A stretch of DNA of 64,000 nucleotides, taken from NCBI GenBank assembly GCA_964016885.1, contig OZ024746.1, forward strand, positions 52,080,001-52,144,000. Reading direction: 5' to 3'. Both the position numbers and the translations under genes were made by a program. The notes under the pieces are model-generated. The model did not search any database. It saw only the letters and a list, made by a program, of their open reading frames with translations, and had not been told where the DNA came from. Origin of the DNA: Eledone cirrhosa. Taxonomy: Eukaryota. Numbering within the stretch: the stretch's first letter is position 1; every line of letters begins with the position of its first letter. This document shows positions 12,001-25,000 of the stretch, piece after piece.

Positions 12001-15000
12001 ATACTTTGTATGGAGTAGTGTATGGTATAGAATGGTGTATATAGATGTGTGTTGTATGGTATGGAATTCTATGTATTAGGTATGTTATACTGAGTATGGA
12101 GTAGTGTATGGTATAGAATGGTGTATATAGGTGTGTGTTGTATGGTATAGAATTCTATGAATTGGGTATGTTATATTTAGTATGGAGTAGTGTATGGCAT
12201 AGAATGGTGTATATAGGTGTGTCTTGTATGGTATGGAATTCTATGTATTGGGTATGTTATACTTTGAATAGAGTAGTGTATGGTATATAATAGTATATAT
12301 AGGTGTGTGTTGTATGGTATGGAATGCTATGTATTGGGTATGTTATACTTTGTATGGAGGAGTGTATGGTATAGAATGGTGTATATAGGTGTGTGTTGTA
12401 TGGTATGGAATTATATGTATTGGATATGTTATACTTAGTATGGTGTAGTGTATGGTATAGAATGGTGTATACAGGTGTGTGTTGTATGGTATGGAATTCT
12501 TTGTATTGGTTATGTTATACTTAGTATGGAGTAGTGTATGGTATAGACTGGTGTATATAGGTGTGTGTTGTATGGTATGGAATGCTATGTATTGGATATG
12601 TTATACTTAGTATGGAGTAGAGTATGGTATAGAATGGTGTATATAGGTGTGTGTAGTATGGTATGGAATTCTATGTATTGGTTATGTTATATTTAGTATG
12701 GAGTAGTGTATGGTATAGAATGGTGTATATAGATGTGTGTTGTATGGTATGGAATTCTATGTATTGGGTATGTTATACTTAATATGGAGTAGTGTATGCT
12801 ATAGAATGCTGTATATATGTGTGTGTTGTATGGTATGGAATTCTATGTATTGGGTATGTTATACTTTGTATGGATTAGTGTATCGTATAGAATGGTGTAT
12901 ATAGGTGTGTGTTGTATGGTATGGAATTCTATGTATTAGGTATGTTATACTGAGTATGGATTAGTGTATGGTATAGAATGGTGTATATAGGTGTGTGTTG
13001 TATGGTATGGAATTCTATGTATTACGTATGTTATACTGAGTATGGAGTAGTGTATGGTATAGAATGGTGTATATAGGTGTGTGTTGTATGGTATGGAATT
13101 CTATGAATTGGGTATGTTATATTTAGTATGGAGTAGTGTATGGTATAGAATGGTGTATATAGGTTTGTCTTGTATGGTATGGAATTCTATGTATTGGGTA
13201 TGTTATACTTTGTATGGAGTAGTGTATGGTATAGTATGGTGTATATAGGTGTGTGTTGTATGGTATCGAATTCTATGTATTGGTTATGTTATACTATGTA
13301 TGGAGTAGTGTATGGTATAGAATGGTGTATATAGGTGTGTGTTGTATATGTATGGAATTCTATGTATTGGGTATGTTATACTTAGTATGGAGTAGTGTAT
13401 GGTATAGAATGGTGTATATAGGTGTGTGTTGTATGGTATGGAATTCTATGTATTGGGTATGTTATACGGAGTATGGAGTAGTGTATGGTATAGAATGGTG
13501 TATATAGGTGTGTGTTGTATGGTATGGAATTCTATGTATCGTTATGTTATTCTTAGAATGGAGTAGTGTATGGTATAGAATGGTGTATATAGCTGTGTGT
13601 TGTACGGTATGGAATTCTATGTATTGGGTATGTTATACTTAGTATGGAGTAGTGTATGGCATAGAATGGTGTATATAGGTGTGTGTTGTATGGTATGGAA
13701 TTATATGTATTGTGTATGTTATACTTTGTATGGAGTAGTGTATGGTATAGAATGGTGTATATGGGTGGGTGTTGTATGGTATGGAATTCTATGTATTGGG
13801 TATGTTATACTTTGTATGGAGTAGTGTATGGTATAGAATGGTGTATATAGATGTGTGTTGAATGGTATAGAATTCTATGTACTAGGTATGTTATACTGAG
13901 TATGGAGTAGTGTATGGTATAGAATGGTGTATATAGGTGTGTGTTGTATGGTATGGAATTCTATGAATTGGGTATGTTATATTTAGTATGGAGTAGTGTA
14001 TGGTATAGAATGGTGTATATAGGTGTGTGTTGTATGGTATGGAATTCTATGTTTTAGTATGTTATACTGAATATGGAGTAGTGTATGGTATAGAATGGTG
14101 TATATAGGTGTGTGTTGTATGGCATGGAATTCTATGAATTGGGTATGTTATATTTAGTATAGAGTAGTGTATGGTATCGACTGGTGTATATAGGTGAGTG
14201 TTGTATGGTATGGAATTCTATGTATTGGTTATGTTATATTTAGTATGGAGTAGTCTATGGCATAGAATGGTGTATATAGGTGTGTGTTGTATGGTATGGA
14301 ATGCTATGTATTGGGTATGTTATACTTTGTATGGAGTAGTGTATGGTATAGTATGGTGTATATAGGTGTGTGTTGTATGGTAAGGAATTCTATATATTGG
14401 GTATGTTATACTTTGAATAGAGTAGTGTATGGTATAGATAGGTGTATATAGTTGTGTGTTGTATGGTATGGAATTCTATGTATTGGGTATGTTATACTTA
14501 GTATGGAGTAGTGTATGGCATAGACTGGTGTATATAGGTGTGTGTTGTAGGGTATGGAATACTATGTACTGGGTATGTTATACTTTGTATGGAGTAGTGT
14601 ATGGCATAGATTGGTGTATATAGGTGTGTGTTGTATGGTATGGAATTCTATGAGTTGGGTATGTTAAATTTAGTATGGAATAGTGTATGACATAGACTGG
14701 TGTATATAGGTGTGTGTTGTAGGGTATGGAATACTATGTACTGGGTATGTTATACTTTGTATGGAGTAGTGTATGGTATAGAATGGTGTATATAGGTGTG
14801 TGTTGTATGGTATGGAATTCTATGTATTGGTTATGTTATACTTAGTATGGAGTAGTGTATGGTATAGAATGGTGTATATAGGTGTGTGTTGTATGGTATG
14901 GAATTCTATGTGTTGTTATGTTATACTGAGTATGGAGTAGTGTATGGTGTAGAATGGTGTATATAGGTGTGTGTTTTATGGTATGGAATTCTATGTATTT

Positions 15001-18000
15001 GTATGTTATACTTAGTATGGAGTAGTGTATGGTATAGACTGGTGTATATAGGTGTGTGTTGTATGGTATGGAATGCTATGTATTGGGTATGTTATACTTA
15101 GTATGGAGTAGAGTATGGTATAGAATGGTGTATATAGGTGTGTGTTGTATGGTATGGAATTCTATGTATTGGGTATGTTATATTAGTATGGAGTAGTGTA
15201 TGGTATAGTATGGTGTATATAGGTGTGTCTTGTATGGTAAGGAATTCTATGTATTGGGTATGTTATACTTTGAATAGAGTAGTGTATGGTATAGACTGGT
15301 GTATATAGGTGTGTGTTGTAGGGTATGGAATGCTATGTACTGGGTATGTTATACTTTGTATGGAGTAGTGTATGGCATAGATTGGTGTATATAGGTGTGT
15401 GTTGTATGGTATGGAATTCTATGAGTTGGGTATGTTAAATTTAGTATGGAATAGTGTATGACATAGACTGGTGTATATAGGTGTGTGTTGCATGGTATTG
15501 AATTCTATGTATTGGTTATGTTATACTTTGTATGGAGTAGTGTATGGTATAGAATGGTGTATATAGGTGTGTGTTGTATGGTATGGAATTCTATGTATTG
15601 GTTATGTTATACTTAGTATGGAGTAGTGTATGGTATAGAATGGTGTATATAGGTGTGTCTTGTATGGTAAGGAATTCTATGTATTGGGTATGTTATACTT
15701 TGAATAGAGTAGTGTATGGTATAGAATGGTGTATATAGGTGTGTGCTGTATGGTATGGAATTCTATGTATTGTTATGTTATACTGAGTATTGAGAAGTGT
15801 ATGGTATAGAATGGTGTATATAGGTGTGTGTTGTATGGTATGGAATTCTATGTATTTGTATGTTTCACTTAGTATGGAGTAGTGTATGGCATAGAATGGT
15901 GTATATAGGTGTGTGTTGTACGGTATGGAATTCTATGTATTGGGTATGTTATACTTAGTATGGAGTAGTGTATGGTATAGAATGGTGTATATAGGTGTGT
16001 GTAGTATGTTATGGAATTCTATGTATTAGGTATGTTATACTGAGTATGGAGTAGTGTATGGTATAGAATGGTGTATATAGGTGTGTGTTGTATGGTATAG
16101 AATTCTATGAATTGGGTATGTTATATTTAGTATGGAGTAGTGTATGGCATAGAATGGTGTATATAGGTGTGTCTTGTATGGTATGGAATTCTATGTATTG
16201 GGTATGTTATACTTTGAATAGAGTAGTGTATGGTATATAATAGTATATATAGGTGTGTGTTGTATGGTATGGAATGCTATGTATTGGGTATGTTATATTT
16301 GTATGGAGGAGTGTATGGTATAGAATGGTGTATATAGGTGTGTGTTGCATGGTATGGAATTATATGTATTGGGTATGTTATACTTAGTATGGTGTAGTGT
16401 ATGGTATAGAATGGTGTATACAGGTGTGTGTTGTATGGTATGGAATTCTTTGTATTGGTTATGTTATACTTAGTATGGAGTAGTGTATGGTATAGACTGG
16501 TGTAAATAGGTGTGTGTTGTATGGTATGGAATGCTATGTATTGGGTATGTTATACTTAGTTTGGAGTAGAGTATGGTATAGAATGGTGTATATAGGTGTG
16601 TGTAGTATGGTATGGAATTCTATGTATTGGTTATGTTATATTTAGTATGGAGTAGTGTATGGCATAGAATGGTGTATATAGGTGTGTGTTGTATGGTATG
16701 GAATTCTATGTATTGGGTATGTTATATTAGGATGGAGTAGTGTATGGTATAGTATGGTGTATATAGGTGTGTCTTGTATGGTAAGGAATTCTATGTATTG
16801 GGTATGTTATACTTTGAATAGAGTAGTGTATGGTATAGAATGGTGTATATAGGTGTGTGTTGTATGGTATGGCATTTTATGTATTGGGTATGTTATACTT
16901 AGTATGGAGTAGTGTATGGCATAGACTGGTGTATATAGGTGTGTGTTGTAGGGTATGGAATGCTATGTACTGGGTATGTTATACTTTGTATGGAGTAGTG
17001 TATGGCATAGATTGGTGTATATAGGTGTGTGTTGTATGGTATGGAATTCTATGAATTGGGTATGTTATACTTTGAATAGAGTAGTGTATGGTATAGAATG
17101 GTGTATATAGATGTGTGTTGTATGGTATGGAATTCTATGTATTGGGTATGTTATACTTAATATGGAGTAGTGTATGCTATAGAATGCTGTATATATGTGT
17201 GTGTTGTATGGTATGGAATTATATGTATTGGGTATGTTATACTTTGTATGGATTAGTGTATCGTATAGAATGGTGTATATAGGTATGTGTTGTATGGTAT
17301 GGAATTATATGTATTGTGTATGTTATACTTTGTATGGAGTAGTGTATGGTATAGAATGGTGTATATGGGTGTGTGTTGTATGGTATGGAATTCTATGTAT
17401 TGGGTATGTTATACTTTGTATGGAGTAGTGTATGGTATAGAATGGTGTATATAGATGTGTGTTGTATGGTATAGAATTCTATGTATTAGGTATGTTATAC
17501 TGAGTATGGAGTAGTGTATGGTATAGAATGGTGTATATAGGTGTGTGTTGTATGGTATGGAATTCTATGAATTGGGTATGTTATATTTAGTATGGAGTAG
17601 TGTATGGTATAGAATGGTGTATATAGGTGTGTGTTGTATGGTATGGAATTCTATGTTTTAGTATGTTATACTGAATATGGAGTAGTGTATGGTATAGAAT
17701 GGTGTATATAGTTGTGTGTTGTATGGTATGGAATTCTATGTATTGGGTATGTTATACTTAGTATGGAGTAGTGTATGGCATAGACTGGTGTATATAGGTG
17801 TGTGTTGTAGGGTATGGAATACTATGTACTGGGTATGTTATACTTTGTATGGAGTAGTGTATGGCATAGTTTGGTGTATATAGGTGTGTGTTGTATGGTA
17901 TGGAATTCTATGAGTTGGGTATGTTAAATTTAGTATGGAATAGTGTATGACATAGACTGGTGTATATAGGTGTGTGTTGTAGGGTATGGAATACTATGTA

Positions 18001-21000
18001 CTGGGTATGTTATACTTTGTATGGAGTAGTGTATGGTATAGAATGGTGTATATAGGTGTGTGTTGTATGGTATGGAATTCTATGTATTTGTATGTTATAC
18101 TTAGTATGGAGTAGTGTATGGTATAGACTGGTGTATATAGGTGTGTGTTGTATGGTATGGAATGCTATGTATTGGGTATGTTATACTTAGTATGGAGTAG
18201 AGTATGGTATAGAATGGTGTATATAGGTGTGTGTAGTATGGTATGGAATTCTATGTATTGGTTATGTTATATTTAGTATGGAGTAGTGTATGGCATAGAA
18301 TGGTGTATATAGGTGTGTGTTGTATGGTATGGAATTCTATGTATTGGGTATGTTATATTAGTATGGAGTAGTGTATGGTATAGTATGGTGTATATAGGTG
18401 TGTCTTGTATGGTAGGGAATTCTATGTATTGGGTATGTTATACTTTGAATAGAGTAGTGTATGGTATAGACTGGTGTATATAGGTGTGTGTTGTAGGGTA
18501 TGGAATGCTATGTACTGGGTATGTTATACTTTGTATGGAGTAGTGTATGGCATAGATTGGTGTATATAGGTGTGTGTTGTATGGTATGGAATTCTATGAG
18601 TTGGGTATGTTAAATTTAGTATGGAATAGTGTATGACATAGACTGGTGTATATAGGTGTGTGTTGCATGGTATCGAATTCTATGTATTGGTTATGTTATA
18701 CTTTGTATGGAGTAGTGTATGGTATAGAATGGTGTATATAGGTGTGTGTTGTATGGTATGGAATTCTATGTATTGGTAATGTTATACTTAGTATGGAGTA
18801 GTGTATGGTATAGAATGGTGTATATAGGTGTGTCTTGTATGGTAAGGAATTCTATGTATTGGGTATGTTATACTTTGAATAGAGTAGTGTATGGTATAGA
18901 ATGGTGTATATAGGTGTGTGTTGTATGGTATGGAATTCTATGTATTGTTATGTTATACTGACTATGGAGTAGTGTATGGTATAGAATGGTGTATATAGGT
19001 GTGTGTTGTATGGTATGGAATTCTATGTATTTGTATGTTTTACTTAGTATGGAGTAGTGTATGGCAGAGAATGGTGTATATAGGTGTGTGTTGTACGGTA
19101 TGGAATTCTATGTATTGGGTATGTTGTAGTTAGTATGGAGTAGTGTATGTTATAGAATGGTGTATATAGGTGTGTGTGGTGTGGTATGGAATTCTATGTA
19201 TTATGTATGTTATACTGAGTATGGAGTAGTGTATGGTATAGAATGGTGTATATAGGTGTGTGTTGTATGGTATAGAATTCTATGAATTGGGTATGTTATA
19301 TTTAGTATGGAGTAGTGTATGGCATAGAATGGTGTATATAGGTGTGTCTTGTATGGTATGGAATTCTATGTATTGGGTATGTTATACTTTGAATAGAGTA
19401 GTGTAGGTATATAATAGTATATATAGGTGTGTGTTGTATGGTATGGAATGCTATGTATTGGGTATGTTATACTTTGAATAGAGTAGTGTATGGTATAGAA
19501 TGGTATATATAGATGTGTGTTGTATGGTATGGAATTCTATGTATTGGGGATGTTATATTTAGTATGGAGTAGTGTATGGCATAGACTGGTGTATATAGGT
19601 GTGTGTTGTATGGTATGGAATTCTATGTATTGGGTATGTTATACTTTGTATGGAGTAGTGTATGGTATAGAATGGTGTAAATAGGTGTGTGTTGTATGGT
19701 ATGGAATTCTATGTATTGGGTATGTTATACTTAGTATGGAGTAGTGTATGGTATAGAATGGTGTATATAGGTGTGTGTTGTATGGTATGGAATTCTATGT
19801 ATTGGGTATGTTATACTTTGTATGGAGTAGTGTATGGTATAGAATGGTGTAAATAGGTGTGTGTTGTATGGTATGGAATTCTATGTATTGGGTATGTTAT
19901 ACTTAGTATGGAGTAGTGTATGGTATAGAATGGTGTATATAGGTGTGTGTTGTATGGTATGGAATTCTATGAATTGGGTATGTTATATTTAGTATGGAGT
20001 AGTGTATGTTATAGAATGGAGTGTATAGGTGTGTCTTGTATGGTATGGAATTCTATGTATTGGGTATGATATAATTTGAATAGAGTAGTGTATGGTATAG
20101 AATGGTATATATAGATATGTGTTGTATGGTATGGAATTCTATGTATTAGGTTCGTTATACTGAGTATGGAGTAGTGTATGGTATAGAATGGTGTATATAG
20201 GTGTGTGTTGTATGGTATGGAATTCTATGAATTGGGTATGTTATATTTAGTATGGAGTAGTGTATGGTATAGAATGGTGTATATAGGTGTGTGTTGTATG
20301 GTATGGAATTCTATATATTGGGTATGTTATACTTAATATGGAGTAGTGTATGGTATAGAATGGTGTATATAGGTGTGTGTTGTATGGTATGGAATTCTAT
20401 GTATTAGGTATGTTATACTGAGTATGGAGTAGTGTATGGTATAGTATGGTGTATATAGGTGTGTCTTGTATGGTAAGGAATTCTATGGATTGGGTATGTT
20501 ATACTTTGAATAGTGTAGTGTATGGTATAGAATGGTGTATATAGGTGTGTGTTGTATGGTATGGAATTCTATGTATTGGGTATGTTATACTTTGTATGGA
20601 GTAGTGTATGGTATAGAATAGTGTATATAGGTGTGTGTTGTATGGCATGGAATTCTATGTATTGGTTATGTTATACTTAGTATGGAGTAGTGTATGGTAT
20701 AGAAAGGTGTATATAGGTGTGTCTTGTATGGTAAGGAATTCTATGTATTGGGTATGTTATACTTTGAATAGAGTAGTGTATGGTATAGAATGGTATATAT
20801 AGATGTGTGTTGTATGGTATGGAATTCTATGTATTGGGGATGTTATATATAGTATGGAGTAGTGTATGGCATAGACTGGTGAATATAGGTGTGTGTTGTA
20901 TGGTATGGAATTCTATGTATTGGGTATGTTATACTTAGTATGGAGTAGTGTATGGTATAGAATGGTGTATATAGGTGTGTGTTGTATGGTATGGAATTCT

Positions 21001-22051
21001 ATGTGTTAGGTATGTTATACTGAATATGGAGTAGTGTATGGTATAGAAAGGTGTATATAGGTGAGTGTTGTATGGTATGGAATTCTATGTATTGGGTATG
21101 TTATACTTTGTATGGAGTAGTGTATGGTATAGAATGGTGTAAATAGGTGTGTGTTGTATGGTATGGAATTCTATGTATTGGGTATGTTATACTTAGTATG
21201 GAGTAGTGTATGGTATAGAATGGTGTATATAGGTGTGTGTTGTATGGTATGGAATTCTATGTATTGGGTATGTTATATTTAGTATGGAGTAGTGTATGGC
21301 ATAGAATGGTGTATATAGGTGTGTGTTGTATGGTATGGAATTCTATGTATTGGGTATGTTTTACTTAGTATGGAGTAGTGTATGGCATAGAATGCTGTAT
21401 ATAGGTGTGTGTGGTATGGTATGGAATTCTATGTATTGGGTATGTTATACTTTGTATGGAGTAGTGTATGGTATAGAATGGTGTATATAGGTGTGTGTTG
21501 TATGGTATGGAATTCTATGTATTAGGTATGTTATACTGAGTATTGAGTAGTGTATGGTATAGAATGGTGTATATAGGTGTGTATTATATGGTATGGAATT
21601 CTATGTATTGGGTATGTTATACTGAGTATGGAGTAGTGTATGGTATAGAATGGTGTATATAGGTGTGTGTTGTATGGTATGGAATTCTATGTATTGGGTA
21701 TGTTATACTGACTATGGAGTAGTGTATGGTATAGAATGGTGTATATAGGTGTGTGTTGTACGGTATGGAATTCTATGTATTACGTATGTTATACTGAGTA
21801 TGGAGTAGTGTATCGTATAGAATGGTGTATATAGGTGTGTGTTGTATGGTATGGAATTCTATGAATTGGGTATGTTATATTTAGTATGGAGTAGTGTATG
21901 GTATAGAATGGTGTATATAGGTGTGTCTTGTATGGTATGGAATTCTATGTATTGGGTATGTTATACTTTGAATAGAGTAGTGTATGGTATAGAATGGTAT
22001 ATATAGATGTGTGTTGCATGGTATGGAATTCTATGTATTGGGGATGTTATA
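1..22051 (+). repeat. 38,555-bp-offset duplication, left copy (truncated by window start)
   Basis: Rare variants recur at +38,555 (ORF-track pairs 6811/45366, 11791/50346, 13253/51808, 13597/52152, 17195/55750; base 1 aligns to 38556). Identity ends at 22052 (C) vs 60607 (T). Confidence 0.95.
2336..12325 (+). repeat. Tandem duplication of a 4,980-bp (58-monomer) block; junction within 7316-7345
   Basis: Lines 2341 onward match lines 7321 onward at offset 4980 (58x86 minus 8 bp of visible deletions). ORF pair 6811/11791. Differences at 3784/8764, 4140/9120, 4654/9634 and 6529/11509. Confidence 0.93.
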
Positions 22052-25000
22052 CTTAATATGGAGTAGTGTATGCTATAGAATGCTGTATATATGTGTGTGT
22101 TGTATGGTATGGAATTCTATGTATTGGGTATGTTATACTTTGTATGGATTAGTGTATCGTATAGAATGGTGTATATAGGTGTGTGTTGTATGGTATGGAA
22201 TTCTATGTATTACGTATGTTATACTGAGTATGGAGTAGTGTATGGTATAGAATGGTGTATATAGGTGTGTGTTGTATGGTATGGAATTCTATGAATTGGG
22301 TATGTTATATTTAGTATGGAGTAGTGTATGGTATAGAATGGTGTATATAGGTTTGTCTTGTATGGTATGGAATTCTATGTATTGGTTATGTTATACTTAG
22401 TATGGAGTAGTGTATGGTATAGAATGGTGTATATAGGTGTGTGTTGTATGGTATGGAATTCTATGTATTGGTTATGTTATACTTAGTATGGAGTAGTGTA
22501 TGGTATAGAATGGTGTATATAGGTGTGTCTTGTATGGTAAGGAATTCTATGTATTGGGTATGTTATACTTTGAATAGAGTAGTGTATGGTATAGAATGGT
22601 GTATATAGATGTGTGTTGTATGGTATGGAATTCTATGTATTGGGTATGTTATACTTAATATGGAGTAGTGTATGCTATAGAATGCTGTATATATGTGTGT
22701 GTTGTATGGTATGGAATTCTATGTATTGGGTATGTTATACTTTGTATGGATTAGTGTATCGTATAGAATGGTGTATATAGGTGTGTGTTGTATGGTATGG
22801 AATTCTATGTATTACGTATGTTATACTGAGTATGGAGTAGTGTATGGTATAGAATGGTGTATATAGGTGTGTGTTGTATGGTATGGAATTCTATGAATTG
22901 GGTATGTTATATTTAGTATGGAGTAGTGTATGGTATAGAATGGTGTATATAGGTTTGTCTTGTATGGTATGGAATTCTATGTATTGGGTATGTTATACTT
23001 TGTATGGAGTAGTGTATGGTATAGAATGGTGTATATAGGTGTGTGTTGTATGGTATCGAATTCTATGTATTGGTTATGTTATACTATGTATGGAGTAGTG
23101 TATGGTATAGAATGGTGTATATAGGTGTGTGTTGTATAGTATGGAATTCTATGTATTGGGTATGTTATACTTAGTATGGAGTAGTGTATGGTATAGAATG
23201 GTGTATATAGGTGTGTTGTATGGTATGGAATTCTATGTATTGGGTATGTTATACTGAGTATGGAGTAGTGTATGGTATAGAATGGTGTATATAGGTGTGT
23301 GTTGTATGGTATGGAATTCTATGTATTGGGTATGTTATATATTGTATGGTGTAGTGTATGGTATAGAATGGTGTATATAGGTGTGTGTTGTATGGTATGG
23401 AATTCTATGTATTGGGTATGTTATACTTTGTATGGAGTAGTGTATGGTATAGAATGGTGTATATAGATGTGTGTTGTATGGTATGGAATTCTGTGTATTA
23501 GGTATGTTATACTGAGTATAGAGTAGTGTATGGTATAGAATGGTGTATATAGGTGTGTGTTGTATGGTATGGAATTCTATGTATTACGTATGTTATACTG
23601 AGTATGGAGTAGTGTATGGTATAGAATGGTGTATATAGGTGTGTGTTGTATGGTATGGAATTCTATGAATTGGGTATGTTATATTTAGTATGGAGTAGTG
23701 TATGGTATAGAATGGTGTATATAGGTTTGTCTTGTATGGTATGGAATTCTATGTATTGGGTATGTTATACTTTGTATGGAGTAGTGTATGGTATAGTATG
23801 GTGTATATAGGTGTGTGTTGTATGGTATCGAATTCTATGTATTGGTTATGTTATACTATGTATGGAGTAGTGTATGGTATAGGATGGTGTATATAGGTGT
23901 GTGTTGTATGGTATGGAATTCTATGTATTGGGTATGTTATACTTAGTATGGAGTAGTGTATGGTATAGAATGGTGTATATAGGTGTGTGTTGTATGGTAT
24001 GGAATTCTATGTATTGGGTATGTTATACTGAGTATGGAGTAGTGTATGGTATAGAATGGTGTATATAGGTGTGTGTTGTATGGTATGGAATTCTATGTAT
24101 TGGGTATGTTATATTTTGTATGGTGTAGTGTATGGTATAGAATGGTGTATATAGGTGTGTGTTGTATGGTATGGAATTCTATGTATCGTTATGTTATACT
24201 TAGAATGGAGTAGTGTATGGTATAGAATGGTGTATATAGGTGTGTGTTGTACGGTATGGAATTCTATGTATTGGGTATGTTATACTTAGTATGGAGTAGT
24301 GTATGGCATAGAATGGTGTATATAGGTGTGTGTTGTATGGTATGGAATTATATGTATTGTGTATGTTATACTTTGTATGGAGTAGTGTATGGTATAGAAT
24401 GGTGTATATGGGTGTGTGTTGTATGGTATGGAATTCTATGTATTGGGTATGTTATACTTTGTATGGAGTAGTGTATGGTATAGAATGGTGTATATAGATG
24501 TGTGTTGTATGGTATAGAATTCTATGTATTAGGTATGTTATACTGAGTATGGAGTAGTGTATGGTATAGAATGGTGTATATAGGTGTGTGTTGTATGGTA
24601 TGGAATTCTATGAATTGGGTATGTTATATTTAGTATGGAGTAGTGTATGGTATAGAATGGTGTATATAGGTGTGTGTTGTATGGTATGGAATTCTATGTT
24701 TTAGTATGTTATACTGAATATGGAGTAGTGTATGGTATAGAATGGTGTATATAGGTGTGTGTTGTATGGCATGGAATTCTATGAATTGGGTATGTTATAT
24801 TTAGTATAGAGTAGTGTATGGTATCGACTGGTGTATATAGGTGAGTGTTGTATGGTATGGAATTCTATGTATTGGTTATGTTATATTTAGTATGGAGTAG
24901 TCTATGGCATAGAATGGTGTATATAGGTGTGTCTTGTATGGTAAGGAATTCTATGTATTGGGTATGTTATACTTTGAATAGAGTAGTGTATGGTATAGAT

